Shown here piece by piece: positions 51,444-62,132 of a DNA stretch of 64,000 nt. The stretch is taken from positions 73,703 through 137,702 of the forward strand of contig CAVWZA010000019.1 of NCBI GenBank assembly GCA_963759405.1. The letters are read 5' to 3'. How positions within the stretch are numbered: the first letter of the stretch is position 1; each line of letters begins with the position of its first letter. This stretch comes from an uncultured Chloroflexia bacterium. GTDB taxonomy: Bacteria > Chloroflexota > Limnocylindria > QHBO01. Made by a program: the position numbers and the translations under genes. The notes beneath the pieces were generated by a model. That model made no database searches. It worked only from the letters and a program-made list of their open reading frames with translations, and was not told the origin of the DNA.

Positions 51444-52166
51444 GTGCGGATCGACGTCGTCACGATCTTCCCGGAGCTGGTCGCCGGACCGCTGGGAACC
51501 TCGATCATGGGCCGCGCCGTCGATGCCGGACTGGTCGAGTTCGGCGTCCACGACCTGCGCGAGCACGGCATCGGGCGCCACCGTTCGGTCGACGACTACC
51601 CCTACGGCGGGGGAGCGGGGATGGTCATGCGTCCCGAGCCCCTCTTCGCCACCATGGAGCCGCTGCGCGACGCCGGCGCCCACGTCATCCTGATGGATCC
51701 CGCCGGGGAGCGGCTCAGCGACCCGCTCGCTCGCGAGCTGGCAGCGCTGCCCCACATCGCACTCATCTGCGGTCGCTACGAAGGAATCGACGAGCGGGTC
51801 AGGACGCTGGTCGATCGCGAGGTCAGCATCGGTGACTACGTGCTCACCGGCGGGGAGCTGCCGGCGCTCGTCCTCATCGATGCCGTGGTGCGGCTCGTAC
51901 CGGGCGTGATCGCCGAGGCATCCCACGAGGGCGACTCGTTCGCATCGGGCATCCTCGAGTACCCGCAGTACACGCGACCCGAGACCTTCCGGGACCTGCC
52001 CGTTCCGCCGGTCCTGCTCTCCGGGCATCACGGCGAGGTCGACCGCTGGCGGCGGCGCGAGGCGCTGCGCCGGACGCTCGAGCGACGTCCCGACCTCCTC
52101 GACTCGGCGACGGTGAGCGACGAGGATCAACGCATCCTGGACGAGCTGCGCGCCGAGGGCTCGTGA
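51444..52166 (+). CDS. trmD: tRNA (guanine37-N1)-methyltransferase TrmD
   Basis: [11 protein letters not shown]... SPOUT fold with the conserved [11 protein letters not shown] motif. Confidence 0.9.
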   Translation: MRIDVVTIFPELVAGPLGTSIMGRAVDAGLVEFGVHDLREHGIGRHRSVDDYPYGGGAGMVMRPEPLFATMEPLRDAGAHVILMDPAGERLSDPLARELAALPHIALICGRYEGIDERVRTLVDREVSIGDYVLTGGELPALVLIDAVVRLVPGVIAEASHEGDSFASGILEYPQYTRPETFRDLPVPPVLLSGHHGEVDRWRRREALRRTLERRPDLLDSATVSDEDQRILDELRAEGS

Positions 52167-52294
52167 CCAGGGGCGCCTTGGCGTCCGCGGGTCGCCGCTG
52201 CTATACTCCCGGGCGTCGCGGCCGCCTGCGCGGTCGCGTTCGTGTGTCACACATTCAGCCGCGGGTAAGCCCGCGATAACGAGGTCGCCCCAGG

Positions 52295-52642
52295 ATGAAC
52301 GCCATCAAGGAGCTCGAGCGCGAGCAGCTCCGCACCGACGTTCCGGAGATCGCCCCCGGCGACACGGTCCGCGTCGCGGTGAAGGTGGTCGAGGGCAGCC
52401 GCGAGCGGATCCAGGTCTTCGAGGGCACCGTGATGCGAATGCGCGGCGGCGGCCTGAACAAGGCCATCACCGTCCGGCGCATCGCCAGCGGTGTCGGCGT
52501 GGAGCGCACCTTCATGGTGCATGCACCGCGAATCGAGAAGATCGAGGTGGTCCGTCACGGGGTTGCCCGTCGCGCACAGCTCTACTTCCTTCGCGATCGG
52601 GTCGGCAAGTCCGCCACGCTCCGCGAGCGCCGCACCAACTGA
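52295..52642 (+). CDS. rplS: 50S ribosomal protein L19
   Basis: [31 protein letters not shown]... is canonical L19. Confidence 0.9.
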   Translation: MNAIKELEREQLRTDVPEIAPGDTVRVAVKVVEGSRERIQVFEGTVMRMRGGGLNKAITVRRIASGVGVERTFMVHAPRIEKIEVVRHGVARRAQLYFLRDRVGKSATLRERRTN

Positions 52643-52704
52643 CCCGTAGGGCGCCGCCGCGTGGTGGCGCCGCCGTCGCCGGCTCGGACCGATACACTGG
52701 CGGC

Positions 52705-53433
52705 GTGACAGCTCCCAGGCGCCCGCTCCGTGTCGTCAAGCCCTCCACCCGGATCGAGCGCGCGCACTGGAGCGATGGTCGAACCATGGTGGTCGGTGCG
52801 GATGCCGTCGGCGTCGCCTGCCTGAGCGGACCGGTCCTGGCAGCAGCGGTCATCATGCCGGCGTACGGGCGTCGCATCCCGGGTGTCCGCGACTCGAAGA
52901 TGCTCTCGCGTGCTCAGCGCGAGCGGTTGTATCCAAAGATCATGCGTGGCGCCCTTGCCGTCGGGCTCGGTGCTGCAAGCGTGGCCGAGATCGATCGGAT
53001 CAACATCTACCACGCCACAAACCTGGCCATGCGGCGTGCCATCTGCCGCTTGGGCGAGCGACAGCACGTGCTGATCGACGGCCTGCGGGTCTACCGGTTC
53101 GAGGACTTCATCGGCTCGTACACCGCGATCGTGCATGGTGACGCGCGTTGCTACTCGATCGCCGCGGCGTCCATCGTTGCGAAGGTCGTTCGCGACCGCC
53201 TCATGGAACGCCTCGCCGCGCGCTACCCGCACTATGGCTGGGAGCACAACGCCGGCTACGCGACCTTCACCCACCGCCGCGGCATCGAGGAGCGCGGCAT
53301 CACGCCCTTCCATCGGCGCTCGTTCGCCCGCGTGCGCGCCATCGCCATCGGGGAGCAGCTCGAGCTGGAGTTGCCTCCGGAGAACCTCGACGCGCTGTTC
53401 GCGCCGGAGTACGCCGCGGTAAGCGAGGGGTAA
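52705..53433 (+). CDS. rnhB: ribonuclease HII homolog with a degenerate N-terminal catalytic motif
   Basis: RNase HII fold with DSK and AASIVAK motifs present. The canonical G(V)DE(A/V)GRG(C/P)LAGPV reads GADAVGVACLSGPV, so the catalytic Glu and the GRG are missing. Confidence 0.75.
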   Translation: MTAPRRPLRVVKPSTRIERAHWSDGRTMVVGADAVGVACLSGPVLAAAVIMPAYGRRIPGVRDSKMLSRAQRERLYPKIMRGALAVGLGAASVAEIDRINIYHATNLAMRRAICRLGERQHVLIDGLRVYRFEDFIGSYTAIVHGDARCYSIAAASIVAKVVRDRLMERLAARYPHYGWEHNAGYATFTHRRGIEERGITPFHRRSFARVRAIAIGEQLELELPPENLDALFAPEYAAVSEG

Positions 53434-53493
53434 TCCGCCCGTAATCGCCGATCCGGCAGACTGCGGCCTCTTGCCTCCGAAGCTGAGAGGCTC

Positions 53494-53874
53494 ATGGGCG
53501 ACCCGCGTCATACCCTCGGCATCGCCGCAGAGCGGGCTGTGGCGGCCTGGCTCGAGTCCTCGGGCTGGCGTGTGCTCGGGCGGCGCGTGCGCGCCTCCGG
53601 CGGCGGCGAGGTTGACATCGTGGCCCTCGATCCGGAACGGGTGCTCGTTGGCGTGGAAGTTCGTGCCCGCCGGACGTCACGGGCCGGCATCGGCACCGAG
53701 TCGATCACCCCCGAGCGCGTCCGACGTACGGGTCGCACCGTGGCTGGGTTCGCCACGGCAACGCGGGTGAGCCATCGTGGGCTGCGGATGGACCTCGTCA
53801 GCGTCAGCCCCGAGCCCGGCCGTATCCCCGGGCGCTGGCGGCTGCGGCGGATAGCGGACATCGGCGCCCTGTAG
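53494..53874 (+). CDS. yraN: YraN family (UPF0102) putative endonuclease
   Basis: GIAAERAVAAWLESSGWRVLGRRVRASGGGEVDIVA... is the conserved YraN core. Conserved position after rnhB. Confidence 0.7.
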   Translation: MGDPRHTLGIAAERAVAAWLESSGWRVLGRRVRASGGGEVDIVALDPERVLVGVEVRARRTSRAGIGTESITPERVRRTGRTVAGFATATRVSHRGLRMDLVSVSPEPGRIPGRWRLRRIADIGAL

Positions 53875-53880
53875 GTCGGG

Positions 53881-55008
53881 TCAACCGCCGAAGATGCGCA
53901 CCAGGAGGGTGATCGACGCGATATACGGTCGGCTGACCGGGTAGATGCCGTGGTGGTCGACGGCCCACTGCCCCTGGTAGTAGGCGGCCAGCACCCGGGC
54001 GCGGTCACCCTTGTAGTGGCCGAGGTAATGAGCGAGCAGACGAACACCCGCTCGTACGTTGTGGCGCAGATCGTTGATCTGGACCCGGGTGCCGAGCATC
54101 GCGTCGCCGACCCAGTCTGCGGTCGCCGGCATCAGCTGCATGACGCCCACTGCGCCCGCGTGGCTGACCACATCCTGCCGCCAACCCGACTCCTGCCAGG
54201 CGACGGCAAGCGCAAGGGCGGGGGGAACGTGGTACCGGTTCGCTTCCTCGACGATCACCCGGCGCACGGCATCGCGCTTCGCGACGAGCGTCGCCATCGA
54301 GGCCGGCATCGCGGGCGGCGTGCCTCGCCGCGGCCGGCGGCGCCGCAGGGGCGGCTCCGGGGATGGTCAGGCGCTGGCCGGCGTAGATGCGGCTCGGATT
54401 GCTGATGGAATTGGCCTGCACGATGGCCGAGACCGTCACGCCGTAGGTGCGAGCGATGGTGGTCAGATTCTGGCCACGGGTGACCAGGTGGACGCGCGCG
54501 GCAGCTGGCTTCGCGGCCGGCTTCGCGGCGGGCGTTGCGGCTCGACTGGCCGGCGGCGCCGCAGCGGCGGCTCCGGGGATGGTCAGGCGCTGGCCGGCGT
54601 AGATGCGGCTCGGATTGCTGATGGAATTGGCCTGCACGATGGCCGAGACCGTCACGCCGTAGGTGCGAGCGATGGTGGTCAGATTCTGGCCACGGGTGAC
54701 CAGGTGGACGCGGGCGGCAGCTGGCTTCGCAGCCGGCTTCGCGGCGCGGCGTGGCGGTCGCCGCGGGCCGCTGCCTCGGCGATGCGCAACCGCTGGCCGG
54801 CGAAGATCCGGTTCGGATCGGTCAGGTTGTTCAGATCCACCAGGGTGGCGATGCTGACGCCATGTCGCTTCGAGAGTCGGGTCAGGTTGTCGCCCTCCTG
54901 GACGACCACGACAGGATCGGCGGCCAGGGCGACGGTGGCCAGGATCGGTCCGACAGTCAGGGTGGCGACGAGCCCGACAAACGGGCCGATCAGCAGGGAT
55001 CGTTGCAA
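53881..55008 (-). CDS. secreted peptidoglycan lytic transglycosylase: signal peptide + 3x LysM + C-terminal SLT domain; two frameshifts (about 54320 and about 54755)
   Basis: Signal peptide and LysM-1 in ORF 54679..55008. LysM-2 and LysM-3 in ORF 54005..55045. SLT catalytic domain (AWQESGW...GAVGVMQLMP) in ORF 53881..54309. Confidence 0.7.
54330..54762. repeat. 216-bp in-frame tandem direct repeat (2 copies, about 98 % identical) encoding duplicated LysM modules
   Basis: Copy 1 at about 54330-54545 and copy 2 at about 54546-54762. Identical blocks such as cggctccggggatggtcaggcgctggccggcgtagatgcggctcggattgctgatggaattggcctgcacgatggccgagaccgtcacgccgtaggtgcgagcgatggtggtcagattctggccacgggtgaccaggtggacgcg recur at 216-nt offset. 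Confidence 0.85.
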
Positions 55009-55347
55009 GAGATCGTTCCTCCAGGTTGGGCTGCGAACGCCTCATGGGTCCCGGTGCAGGGACGCATCACGACGCGGGCGGATGCTAGGAGCGATCGAGG
55101 GCGGGTCAAGGTACCTGCGGATCGTCCGGGAGTACTTCGGTACCGTGTGGTGGAGTCCGCGGAGGTTCCGGCCGGAAGGGGCCGTCGTGCTCCTCTGGTA
55201 TACTCGTGATCTCGCGCAACCCGTGCGAGATCCCATCACACACGCTCGGCGGATCCCGCTGATCCTCGGTGCCGCTCCGCGATGACGTCGCGGGCGGTGG
55301 ATCGCGAGAGCCGATGTCGGGCGGAGGAACGAACCGGAGGTTTTTCT

Positions 55348-56304
55348 TTGGCTGCCACCAGCATGAAGCAGCTGCTCGAAGCGGGCGTCCACTTCGGGCA
55401 TCAGACCCGCCGCTGGAATCCGAAGATGCGCGAGTACATCTTCGCCGAGCGGAACGGGATCCACATCATCGACCTGGCGCAGACCGTGTCGCGCCTCGAG
55501 CAGGCGCTCGACTTCGTGCGCGAGACCGTGCGGCGAGGCGACAGCGTGCTCTTCGTTGGAACCAAGAAGCAGGCCCAGGATGCGCTCGCCGAGGCGGCGG
55601 GCCGCTCCGGCCAGCATTACGTCAACACGCGCTGGCTGGGCGGGATGCTCACCAACTTCACCACGATCAAGCGTCGCATCCAGCGTCTGGAGGCGCTCGA
55701 GGCGCGCCGGGAGGCCGGCGAGTTCGAGCGGCTCACCAAGAAGGAAGCGACCAAGCTCACCGAGGAGATCAACAAGCTCGACTCGGCGCTGGGTGGCATC
55801 CGCAAGATGCGACGACTGCCGGGGGCCGTCTTCATCGTCGACCCCCACCGCGAGTCGATCGCGGTGGCCGAGGCGCGACGGCTCGAGATCCCGATCGTGG
55901 CAATGACCGACACGAACTGCGATCCGGATCTCATCGACTGGGTCATCCCGGCGAACGACGATGCCATCCGCTCGGTGCGCCTGATCTGCGGCCTCGTCGC
56001 CGATGCGGCGAGCGTCGCGCAGCAGGAGCGCCAGGCGAAGCTCGACGAGGAGTTCGAGCAGGCGGAGGCGATGCCGCCGGTCGACGACACCGCGCTCGGT
56101 TCGGAAGCCGACTACACCGCGGCCCTGGCCACGGGTGAGGCGCTCGTCTTCGAGCCCGAGCCCGAGGATGACGAGGAAGAGGAACGCAAGGCGCGCGCGC
56201 GTCGAGCCGCCCACATCGAGGAGGGCGAGCCGGAGCACAACCCGGATCGGGAGCACGAGCGCCAGATCCACGAGCAGATCAAGGAACACGAGCCGCGCCC
56301 GTAG
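55348..56304 (+). CDS. rpsB: 30S ribosomal protein S2 with an acidic C-terminal extension
   Basis: TTG start 7 nt after GGAGG gives [27 protein letters not shown], the canonical S2 N-terminus. The C-terminal ~80 aa are Glu/Asp-rich. Confidence 0.9.
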   Translation: MAATSMKQLLEAGVHFGHQTRRWNPKMREYIFAERNGIHIIDLAQTVSRLEQALDFVRETVRRGDSVLFVGTKKQAQDALAEAAGRSGQHYVNTRWLGGMLTNFTTIKRRIQRLEALEARREAGEFERLTKKEATKLTEEINKLDSALGGIRKMRRLPGAVFIVDPHRESIAVAEARRLEIPIVAMTDTNCDPDLIDWVIPANDDAIRSVRLICGLVADAASVAQQERQAKLDEEFEQAEAMPPVDDTALGSEADYTAALATGEALVFEPEPEDDEEEERKARARRAAHIEEGEPEHNPDREHERQIHEQIKEHEPRP

Positions 56305-56322
56305 GCGGCAGGCGGAAGGAAC

Positions 56323-56956
56323 ATGACGAACACACAGATGATCAAGCCCGAGGACGTGAAGCGGCTTCGGGAGCAGACCGGCGCCGGCATCATGGACTGC
56401 AAGCGCGCCCTCGAGGAGGCGGGCGGCGACTATGAGAAGGCCGCGCTCAATCTGCGCGAGAAGGGCCTCTCGACCGCCGCGAAGAAGGCGGGTCGCGTCG
56501 CCCGCGAAGGCATCGTGACCAGCTACATCCACCATGGCTCGCGGCTCGGCGTCCTCCTGGAGCTGAACTGCGAGACCGACTTCGTGGCGAGGACCGACGA
56601 CTTCCAGCAGCTGGCTCGCGAGCTGGCGATGCAGGTCGCCGGCATGGCGCCCCAGTACGTCAGCCGCGAGGACGTTCCCGCGGAGATCCTCGACGAGCAG
56701 AAGCGCCTCTTCGCGGTCGATGCGGAACGTGACGGCCGGCCGGCCGACCGGATTCCCGATGATCGTCGAGGGCAAGCTGAACAAGTGGTTCGAGTCGGTC
56801 TGCCTGCTGGAGCAGCCATACCGCGATACCGACCGCAAGATCGGCGACCTCGTCACCGAGAAGATCGCCCTGCTGGGCGAGAACATCAAGGTCGCACGCT
56901 TCGCGCGGATGGCCGTCGGGGAGACGGCGCAGCCAGAGACCGAAGAGGCCGCCTGA
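56323..56956 (+). CDS. tsf: elongation factor Ts, 1-nt frameshift near 56757
   Basis: UBA-like N-terminus ([29 protein letters not shown]) in frame 56323. The C-terminus ([21 protein letters not shown]...) in ORF 56720..56956. Confidence 0.85.
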
Positions 56957-56958
56957 CG

Positions 56959-57699
56959 GTGACCGAGCCGGCCTCCACCTCGGGCAACCCCTCGCCGCGC
57001 CGGGTGCTGCTCAAGCTGTCCGGTGAAGCGCTCATGGGCGAGCACGAATACGGCATCGATCCGGAGGTCGTCCGACTCATCGCCGGCCAGGTGGCCGCCG
57101 GCAAGCACGACAGCACCGAGATCGCCGTCGTCGTCGGCGGTGGCAACATCTTCCGCGGGCTGGCTGCCAGCGCGCGGGGGATGGACCGCTCGACGGGGGA
57201 CTACATGGGCATGTTGGCGACCGTCATGAACGGCCTGGCCATCCAGGATGCGCTCGAGCAGCAGGGATGCCCCACCCGCGTCATGAGCGCCATCGCCATG
57301 AACGAGATCTGCGAGCCCTACATCCGACGCCGCGCGGTCCGTCATCTCGAGAAGGGACGCGTGGTGGTGATGGTGGCCGGCACCGGCAACCCCTACTTCA
57401 CCACCGACACCGCCGCGACGCTGCGCGCGGTCGAGGTGCACGCCCAGGTGATTCTCAAGGCGACCCGCGTGGACGGGGTGTACGATGCCGACCCCGAAAC
57501 GCATCCCGACGCTCGGCGATTCAGTCAGATCGGCTACACGGAGCTGCTGAGCAATCGGCTGCAGGCGCTCGACGCGACTGCCGTGAGCCTGGCGATGGAC
57601 AACGAGATGCCGATCGTCGTGTTCGACATGACGGTCCCCGGCAATATCACCCGTGCGATCGCCGGCGAGCGAATCGGCACGCTGATCTCAGGAGACTGA
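56959..57699 (+). CDS. pyrH: uridylate kinase
   Basis: [11 protein letters not shown]...[11 protein letters not shown]...[19 protein letters not shown] directly after the tsf stop, read in the same frame as tsf's N-terminal part. Confidence 0.9.
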   Translation: MTEPASTSGNPSPRRVLLKLSGEALMGEHEYGIDPEVVRLIAGQVAAGKHDSTEIAVVVGGGNIFRGLAASARGMDRSTGDYMGMLATVMNGLAIQDALEQQGCPTRVMSAIAMNEICEPYIRRRAVRHLEKGRVVVMVAGTGNPYFTTDTAATLRAVEVHAQVILKATRVDGVYDADPETHPDARRFSQIGYTELLSNRLQALDATAVSLAMDNEMPIVVFDMTVPGNITRAIAGERIGTLISGD

Positions 57700-57703
57700 C
57701 CAG

Positions 57704-58261
57704 ATGACGCACGAGGCGCTGATCGCGATCGAGCCCAGGATGCAGCACGCCATCGAGGCCATGGAGCGCGACTTCGCCGGCATTCGCACCGGTCGGGCCT
57801 CGACCGCGCTGGTTGAGCGCATCACCGTCGAGTACTACGGCGCGCAGACCCCGCTGAACCAGGTCGCCGGCATCAGCACGCCCGACGCGCACCTGATCGT
57901 CATCCAGCCATGGGACCGATCGGTCCTGTCGGCGATCGAGAAGGCGATCACGAAGAGCGACATCGGCCTGACCCCGAACGTGGACGGCACCGTCGTGCGG
58001 CTGAACGTGCCACCGCTCACCGAGGACCGGCGCAAGGAGATGGTCAAGCAGGTCCACCGTCGCACGGAGGAGGCCCGCGTCGAGGTCCGCAACCGCCGGC
58101 GCGAGGCCGCCGACGTGCTCAAGAAGGCGCTCCGTGATGGCGACCTCTCAGAAGACGAGGAGCGCCGGGAGCTCGAGGCGTTGCAGAAGCTGACCGACCG
58201 CCACGTCGAGGCGATCGACGCCCGGGCAGAGCGCAAGGAAGCCGAGATCCTGGAGGTCTGA
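57704..58261 (+). CDS. frr: ribosome recycling factor
   Basis: 185 aa: canonical RRF with the IQPWD motif. Confidence 0.9.
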   Translation: MTHEALIAIEPRMQHAIEAMERDFAGIRTGRASTALVERITVEYYGAQTPLNQVAGISTPDAHLIVIQPWDRSVLSAIEKAITKSDIGLTPNVDGTVVRLNVPPLTEDRRKEMVKQVHRRTEEARVEVRNRRREAADVLKKALRDGDLSEDEERRELEALQKLTDRHVEAIDARAERKEAEILEV

Positions 58262-58265
58262 CCTG

Positions 58266-58958
58266 GTGCCGGACGAGGTCCGACCCCGGCACGTGGCGAT
58301 CATCGCCGACGGAAATCGTCGCTGGGCGCGTGAGCGCGGCCTGCCGGTGCTCGCGGGGCACATCCAGGGCATCGAAGCGATCCGCCCCATCGTGCGGCGG
58401 GCTCGTGACCGCGGCGTGGAGACACTCTCGGTCTATACGTTCAGCACCGAGAACTGGAATCGCCCCGAGGACGAGGTGTCCGGGCTCTTCGGCCTGATCG
58501 ACGGCGCCGTCCGGCAGTACACCGATGAGCTGATCACCGAAGGGGTCCAGGTCCGCGTCATCGGCCGCCTGCACGAAGCGCCATCGGACGTCCAGCGCTC
58601 GATCCGCTCAGCCGAGGAGCGCACGGGCCATGGCACGCGGATGACGCTCAACATCTGCTTCAACTACTCGGGCCGCGCGGAGATCGTCGACGCCGCGCGC
58701 GCGATGCTGGCCGCCCACGCGGATCCGCAGGGGATCGACGAGGCCCACTTCGCCGAGCATCTGTACACCGCCGGCCAGCCGGACGTCGACCTGATGATCC
58801 GGACCGGTGGCGACCAGCGCACGAGCAACTTCCTGCTCTGGCAGGCGGCATACGCCGAGCTGATCTTCTGCGCCAAGTTCTGGCCGGACTTCACCGAGGA
58901 CGACTTCGACGCGGCCCTCGACGAATACGAGCGCCGCGACCGGCGCTTCGGAGGGTAG
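58266..58958 (+). CDS. uppS: isoprenyl transferase (undecaprenyl-diphosphate synthase-like cis-prenyltransferase)
   Basis: HVAIIADGNRRWA, FSTENWNRP, NFLLWQ motifs. Confidence 0.85.
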   Translation: MPDEVRPRHVAIIADGNRRWARERGLPVLAGHIQGIEAIRPIVRRARDRGVETLSVYTFSTENWNRPEDEVSGLFGLIDGAVRQYTDELITEGVQVRVIGRLHEAPSDVQRSIRSAEERTGHGTRMTLNICFNYSGRAEIVDAARAMLAAHADPQGIDEAHFAEHLYTAGQPDVDLMIRTGGDQRTSNFLLWQAAYAELIFCAKFWPDFTEDDFDAALDEYERRDRRFGG

Positions 58959-58960
58959 CG

Positions 58961-59860
58961 GTGCTGAGAACCCGGATCATCAGCGCGCTCGTGCTGGTGC
59001 CGATCATCCTGGCCATCGTCCTGCTCGGCGAGCCGTGGCTGTCGATCCTCATCGGCGTCGCTGCCTTCCTTGCGCTGGTCGAGCTGGTCGGCCTGCTGGA
59101 CGCGGCCGGCCACCAGCCACCCCAGGTGCTGACGATCGTCGGCGGCATGACGCTCGTTGCCGCCGGCCTCATCACCACCAACGGCGAGGGGGTGGGCGGA
59201 GCCGTTGCGCACCTGGTGGTTGCGCTCGACCCACCGGGCCTCGTGACGGCCACGATGGTCGCCGTCATGCTCGTCCTGGCGGCGGTCGGGTTCACGCGAT
59301 CCGACCCACGGGCGGGCTTCATGACCTGGGCGATGACCTCGTTCGGGGTGGCCTACATCGGTCTGCTCATGCCGGCGATGGTGTTGGTGGCCCATCTCGC
59401 CCCGGCCGGCGGGTCGGCGAGCACTCCGGTCGGCGCGCTGGGCCTGGGCTCCGGCCCCGCGTGGGCACTGCTGCTGGTCCTGGTGGTCTGGGGATACGAC
59501 ACCGGCGCCTACCTGACCGGAAGCCGGCTCGGCCGCCGACATCTGCTCGAGCAGATCAGCCCGGCGAAGACGATGGAGGGCCTGGCCGGCGGCCTCGTGG
59601 TCGGCACGATCGCCGCGGGGATCGGCGCCGTGCTCGTCGGCCTGGAACCGTGGCATCCGCTGATCATCGGTCCGCTGGTCGGGCTGGCCGCCCAGGCCGG
59701 GGACCTGGCCGAGTCGATGCTGAAGCGGGCTGCCGGACGCAAGGACTCCGGCTTCCTGGTGCCCGGACATGGCGGGATCCTCGATCGCATCGACTCCTTC
59801 CTGTTCGCCGCGCCGGTCCTTGCCGGTTACGCACTGCTGGCCGCCGGACGGGTGATTTGA
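58961..59860 (+). CDS. cdsA: phosphatidate cytidylyltransferase
   Basis: Polytopic membrane protein with a C-terminal CTP-transferase signature (…KRAAGRKDSGFLVPGHGGILDRIDS). Confidence 0.85.
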   Translation: MLRTRIISALVLVPIILAIVLLGEPWLSILIGVAAFLALVELVGLLDAAGHQPPQVLTIVGGMTLVAAGLITTNGEGVGGAVAHLVVALDPPGLVTATMVAVMLVLAAVGFTRSDPRAGFMTWAMTSFGVAYIGLLMPAMVLVAHLAPAGGSASTPVGALGLGSGPAWALLLVLVVWGYDTGAYLTGSRLGRRHLLEQISPAKTMEGLAGGLVVGTIAAGIGAVLVGLEPWHPLIIGPLVGLAAQAGDLAESMLKRAAGRKDSGFLVPGHGGILDRIDSFLFAAPVLAGYALLAAGRVI

Positions 59861-61005
59861 CGGGCGTCGCGGTCCTCGGCTCGACCGGGTCGATCGGCCG
59901 CCAGACGCTCGAGGTCATCGGACGCCACGCCGAGCGCTTCGAGGTGGTGGCGCTGGCCAGCGCCCACGGCGAACCTCCCATGGCCGAGCAGCTGGCAGCC
60001 TGGCCGTCCGCACGCTGGTGGTGCGCCGATGCCGAGCGCCGTGCGATCGCGCCCGACCGCTGGGCGGAGGGCGGGCTCGCCGAGCTGGCCTCCCTCGACG
60101 GCGTCGAGCTCGTTGTCGTGGCGACCACCGGCATGGCCGCATTGCCCGCCGTGCTCGGGGCGCTGCGCTCGGGGCGGCGCGTGGCGCTCGCCAACAAGGA
60201 GACGCTCATCACCGGAGGTCACCTGGTAACGGCGCTGCTCGACGAGCTGGGCGGCGACGCGCTCGAGCGGCTTCGCCCGGTCGACAGCGAGCACTCGGCG
60301 ATCTGGCAGTGCCTGGTCGGGGAACCCGCCGGCTCGGTTGCGCGTCTCGTCCTGACCGCCAGCGGCGGACCGTTCCTGGGTCGCGATCCCGGAACGCTCG
60401 ACGCGGTGACCGTCGACGAGGCGCTCGCCCATCCAACCTGGCGGATGGGGCCGAAGATCACGATCGACTCGGCGACCCTGGTCAACAAGGCGTTCGAGGT
60501 CATCGAGGCCAAATGGCTGTATCGACTTCCGTACTCTAAGATCGACGCCGTGATCCACCCCCAGAGCGTGGTGCACTCGCTCGTCGAGTTCACCGACGGC
60601 TCGTACAAGGCACAGCTGGGACACCCCGACATGCGCCTCCCGATCCAGTACGCCCTCACGTTCCCCGACCGGCTGCCCTCGGTCGCGCGAACGACGGTGC
60701 CCGCCGAGTGGGGGAGCCTGGCCTTCGAACCGCTCGCGCCGGGCGCCTTCCCGGCGTACGACACGGTCCGGGCGGCGGCCGAGGCCGGCGGGAACCGCGG
60801 CACCATCCTGAACGCGGCCGACGAGGTCGCGGTCGAGGCCTTCCTGGCCGGACGCATCGGCTTCAGCCAGATTGCAACCACCATCGCCGATGCGGTCGAC
60901 CGATGGGGCGCACCGGACGAGCCCGGACTCGAGGCCATCGCCGGCCTCGACGCCGAGATCCGGTCCGAGCTCCGAGGCGCCCTCGGACTGGCCGCGGGGG
61001 CCTGA
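59857..61005 (+). CDS. dxr: 1-deoxy-D-xylulose 5-phosphate reductoisomerase
   Basis: AVLGSTGSIGRQTL, LANKE, DSEHSAIWQC, HPTWRMGPKITIDSAT. TTG start overlapping the cdsA stop. Confidence 0.9.
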   Translation: MTGVAVLGSTGSIGRQTLEVIGRHAERFEVVALASAHGEPPMAEQLAAWPSARWWCADAERRAIAPDRWAEGGLAELASLDGVELVVVATTGMAALPAVLGALRSGRRVALANKETLITGGHLVTALLDELGGDALERLRPVDSEHSAIWQCLVGEPAGSVARLVLTASGGPFLGRDPGTLDAVTVDEALAHPTWRMGPKITIDSATLVNKAFEVIEAKWLYRLPYSKIDAVIHPQSVVHSLVEFTDGSYKAQLGHPDMRLPIQYALTFPDRLPSVARTTVPAEWGSLAFEPLAPGAFPAYDTVRAAAEAGGNRGTILNAADEVAVEAFLAGRIGFSQIATTIADAVDRWGAPDEPGLEAIAGLDAEIRSELRGALGLAAGA

Positions 61006-62132
61006 TGGAAGTCCTCGGCACCATCGCCGCCTTCCTCGGCGTCCTGATCGTCCTGGTTCTCGTCCATGAGCTCGGACACTTCATCGTCGCCAAGCGGGCC
61101 GGCATCACCGTCGAGGAGTTCGGGGTCGGTTTCCCGCCCCGAATCGCCTCGGTCACCTGGCACGGGACGCGCTACAGCCTGAACTGGATCCCACTCGGCG
61201 GCTTCGTGAAGATGCTCGGCGAGGATGGCGACGTGGAGGTTCGTCGGCTCCGCGAACAGGGCCTCACCGGTCCCGAGATCGAGGACGCCATGGCCGGCGC
61301 CTTCAACCGGAGGCCGGTCTGGGTCAGGGTCACGGTGCTGCTTGCCGGCGTGGTGATGAACTTCGTGCTTGCCGCCGGCCTGTTCGCATGGGCGCTGAGC
61401 CTGCCGATTCCGATCGGCCATGGCCCGCTCACCGTCATCAGCATCCAGGACGGAAGCCCTGCCGAGGGGAAGCTGGAGGAGGGTGACGTCATCGTCGCGG
61501 CCGACGGCCAGCGCTTCGAGCGATCGGCCGAGCTGACCGAGTACGTCGCAGGGCGCGCCGGATTCGTCGTGAAGCTCACCGTCGATCGGGACGGTGACGA
61601 GACCGAGGTCTCGATCATCCCGCGCTCCGTCAGCGCAGAGGATCGCGCCCGGGGCATCGGGCCGGTCGGATTCGCCTATGAGCCAGCGCAGCTGGTGGAG
61701 GAACCGTCGACCGTCACCGGACCGCTGGACGCCATCGGGCGCGGGACGACGGCTGCGTGGTCGCTGGCGATCCAGATCCCCGGCGGGCTTGCCGATGCGG
61801 TGGGTGGCCTGCTCGGCCTGAACCCGAACGGCGGCGACGCGATGGGCCCGATCGGCATCGCCCAGGAGACCGGCCGCGTGCTCGAGGCGCCGCTCGTCAG
61901 CCAGCTCCTCTTCGTGGGCGTCCTGTCCGTCAACCTCGCCGTGCTGAACGTCCTGCCCTTCCCCCCGCTCGACGGTGGCCGGATCGCGGTCGTCCTGCTG
62001 GAGTCGGCTCGCCGCCGCAAGCTGCCGGCCGAGCGCGAGGCGCTCATCTACCTGACCGGCTTCGCGGTCCTGATCGCGCTCGTCATCCTGATCAGCATCC
62101 AGGACATCCAGCGGCTCGTCACCGGCGGGTAA
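61005..62132 (+). CDS. rseP: RIP site-2 zinc metalloprotease RseP (M50) with PDZ domain
   Basis: HELGH zinc motif in TM1, PDZ (GSPAEGKLEEGDVIVAADG), C-terminal LDGG motif. ATG overlaps the dxr stop (TGATG). Confidence 0.85.
   Translation: MEVLGTIAAFLGVLIVLVLVHELGHFIVAKRAGITVEEFGVGFPPRIASVTWHGTRYSLNWIPLGGFVKMLGEDGDVEVRRLREQGLTGPEIEDAMAGAFNRRPVWVRVTVLLAGVVMNFVLAAGLFAWALSLPIPIGHGPLTVISIQDGSPAEGKLEEGDVIVAADGQRFERSAELTEYVAGRAGFVVKLTVDRDGDETEVSIIPRSVSAEDRARGIGPVGFAYEPAQLVEEPSTVTGPLDAIGRGTTAAWSLAIQIPGGLADAVGGLLGLNPNGGDAMGPIGIAQETGRVLEAPLVSQLLFVGVLSVNLAVLNVLPFPPLDGGRIAVVLLESARRRKLPAEREALIYLTGFAVLIALVILISIQDIQRLVTGG

Noticed and set aside
56323-57699. 458-aa tsf-pyrH 'fusion' ORF
   Set aside because: The tsf frameshift puts the tail of EF-Ts out of frame. 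The read-through simply runs into pyrH, which has its own GTG start right after the true tsf stop (56954-56956).
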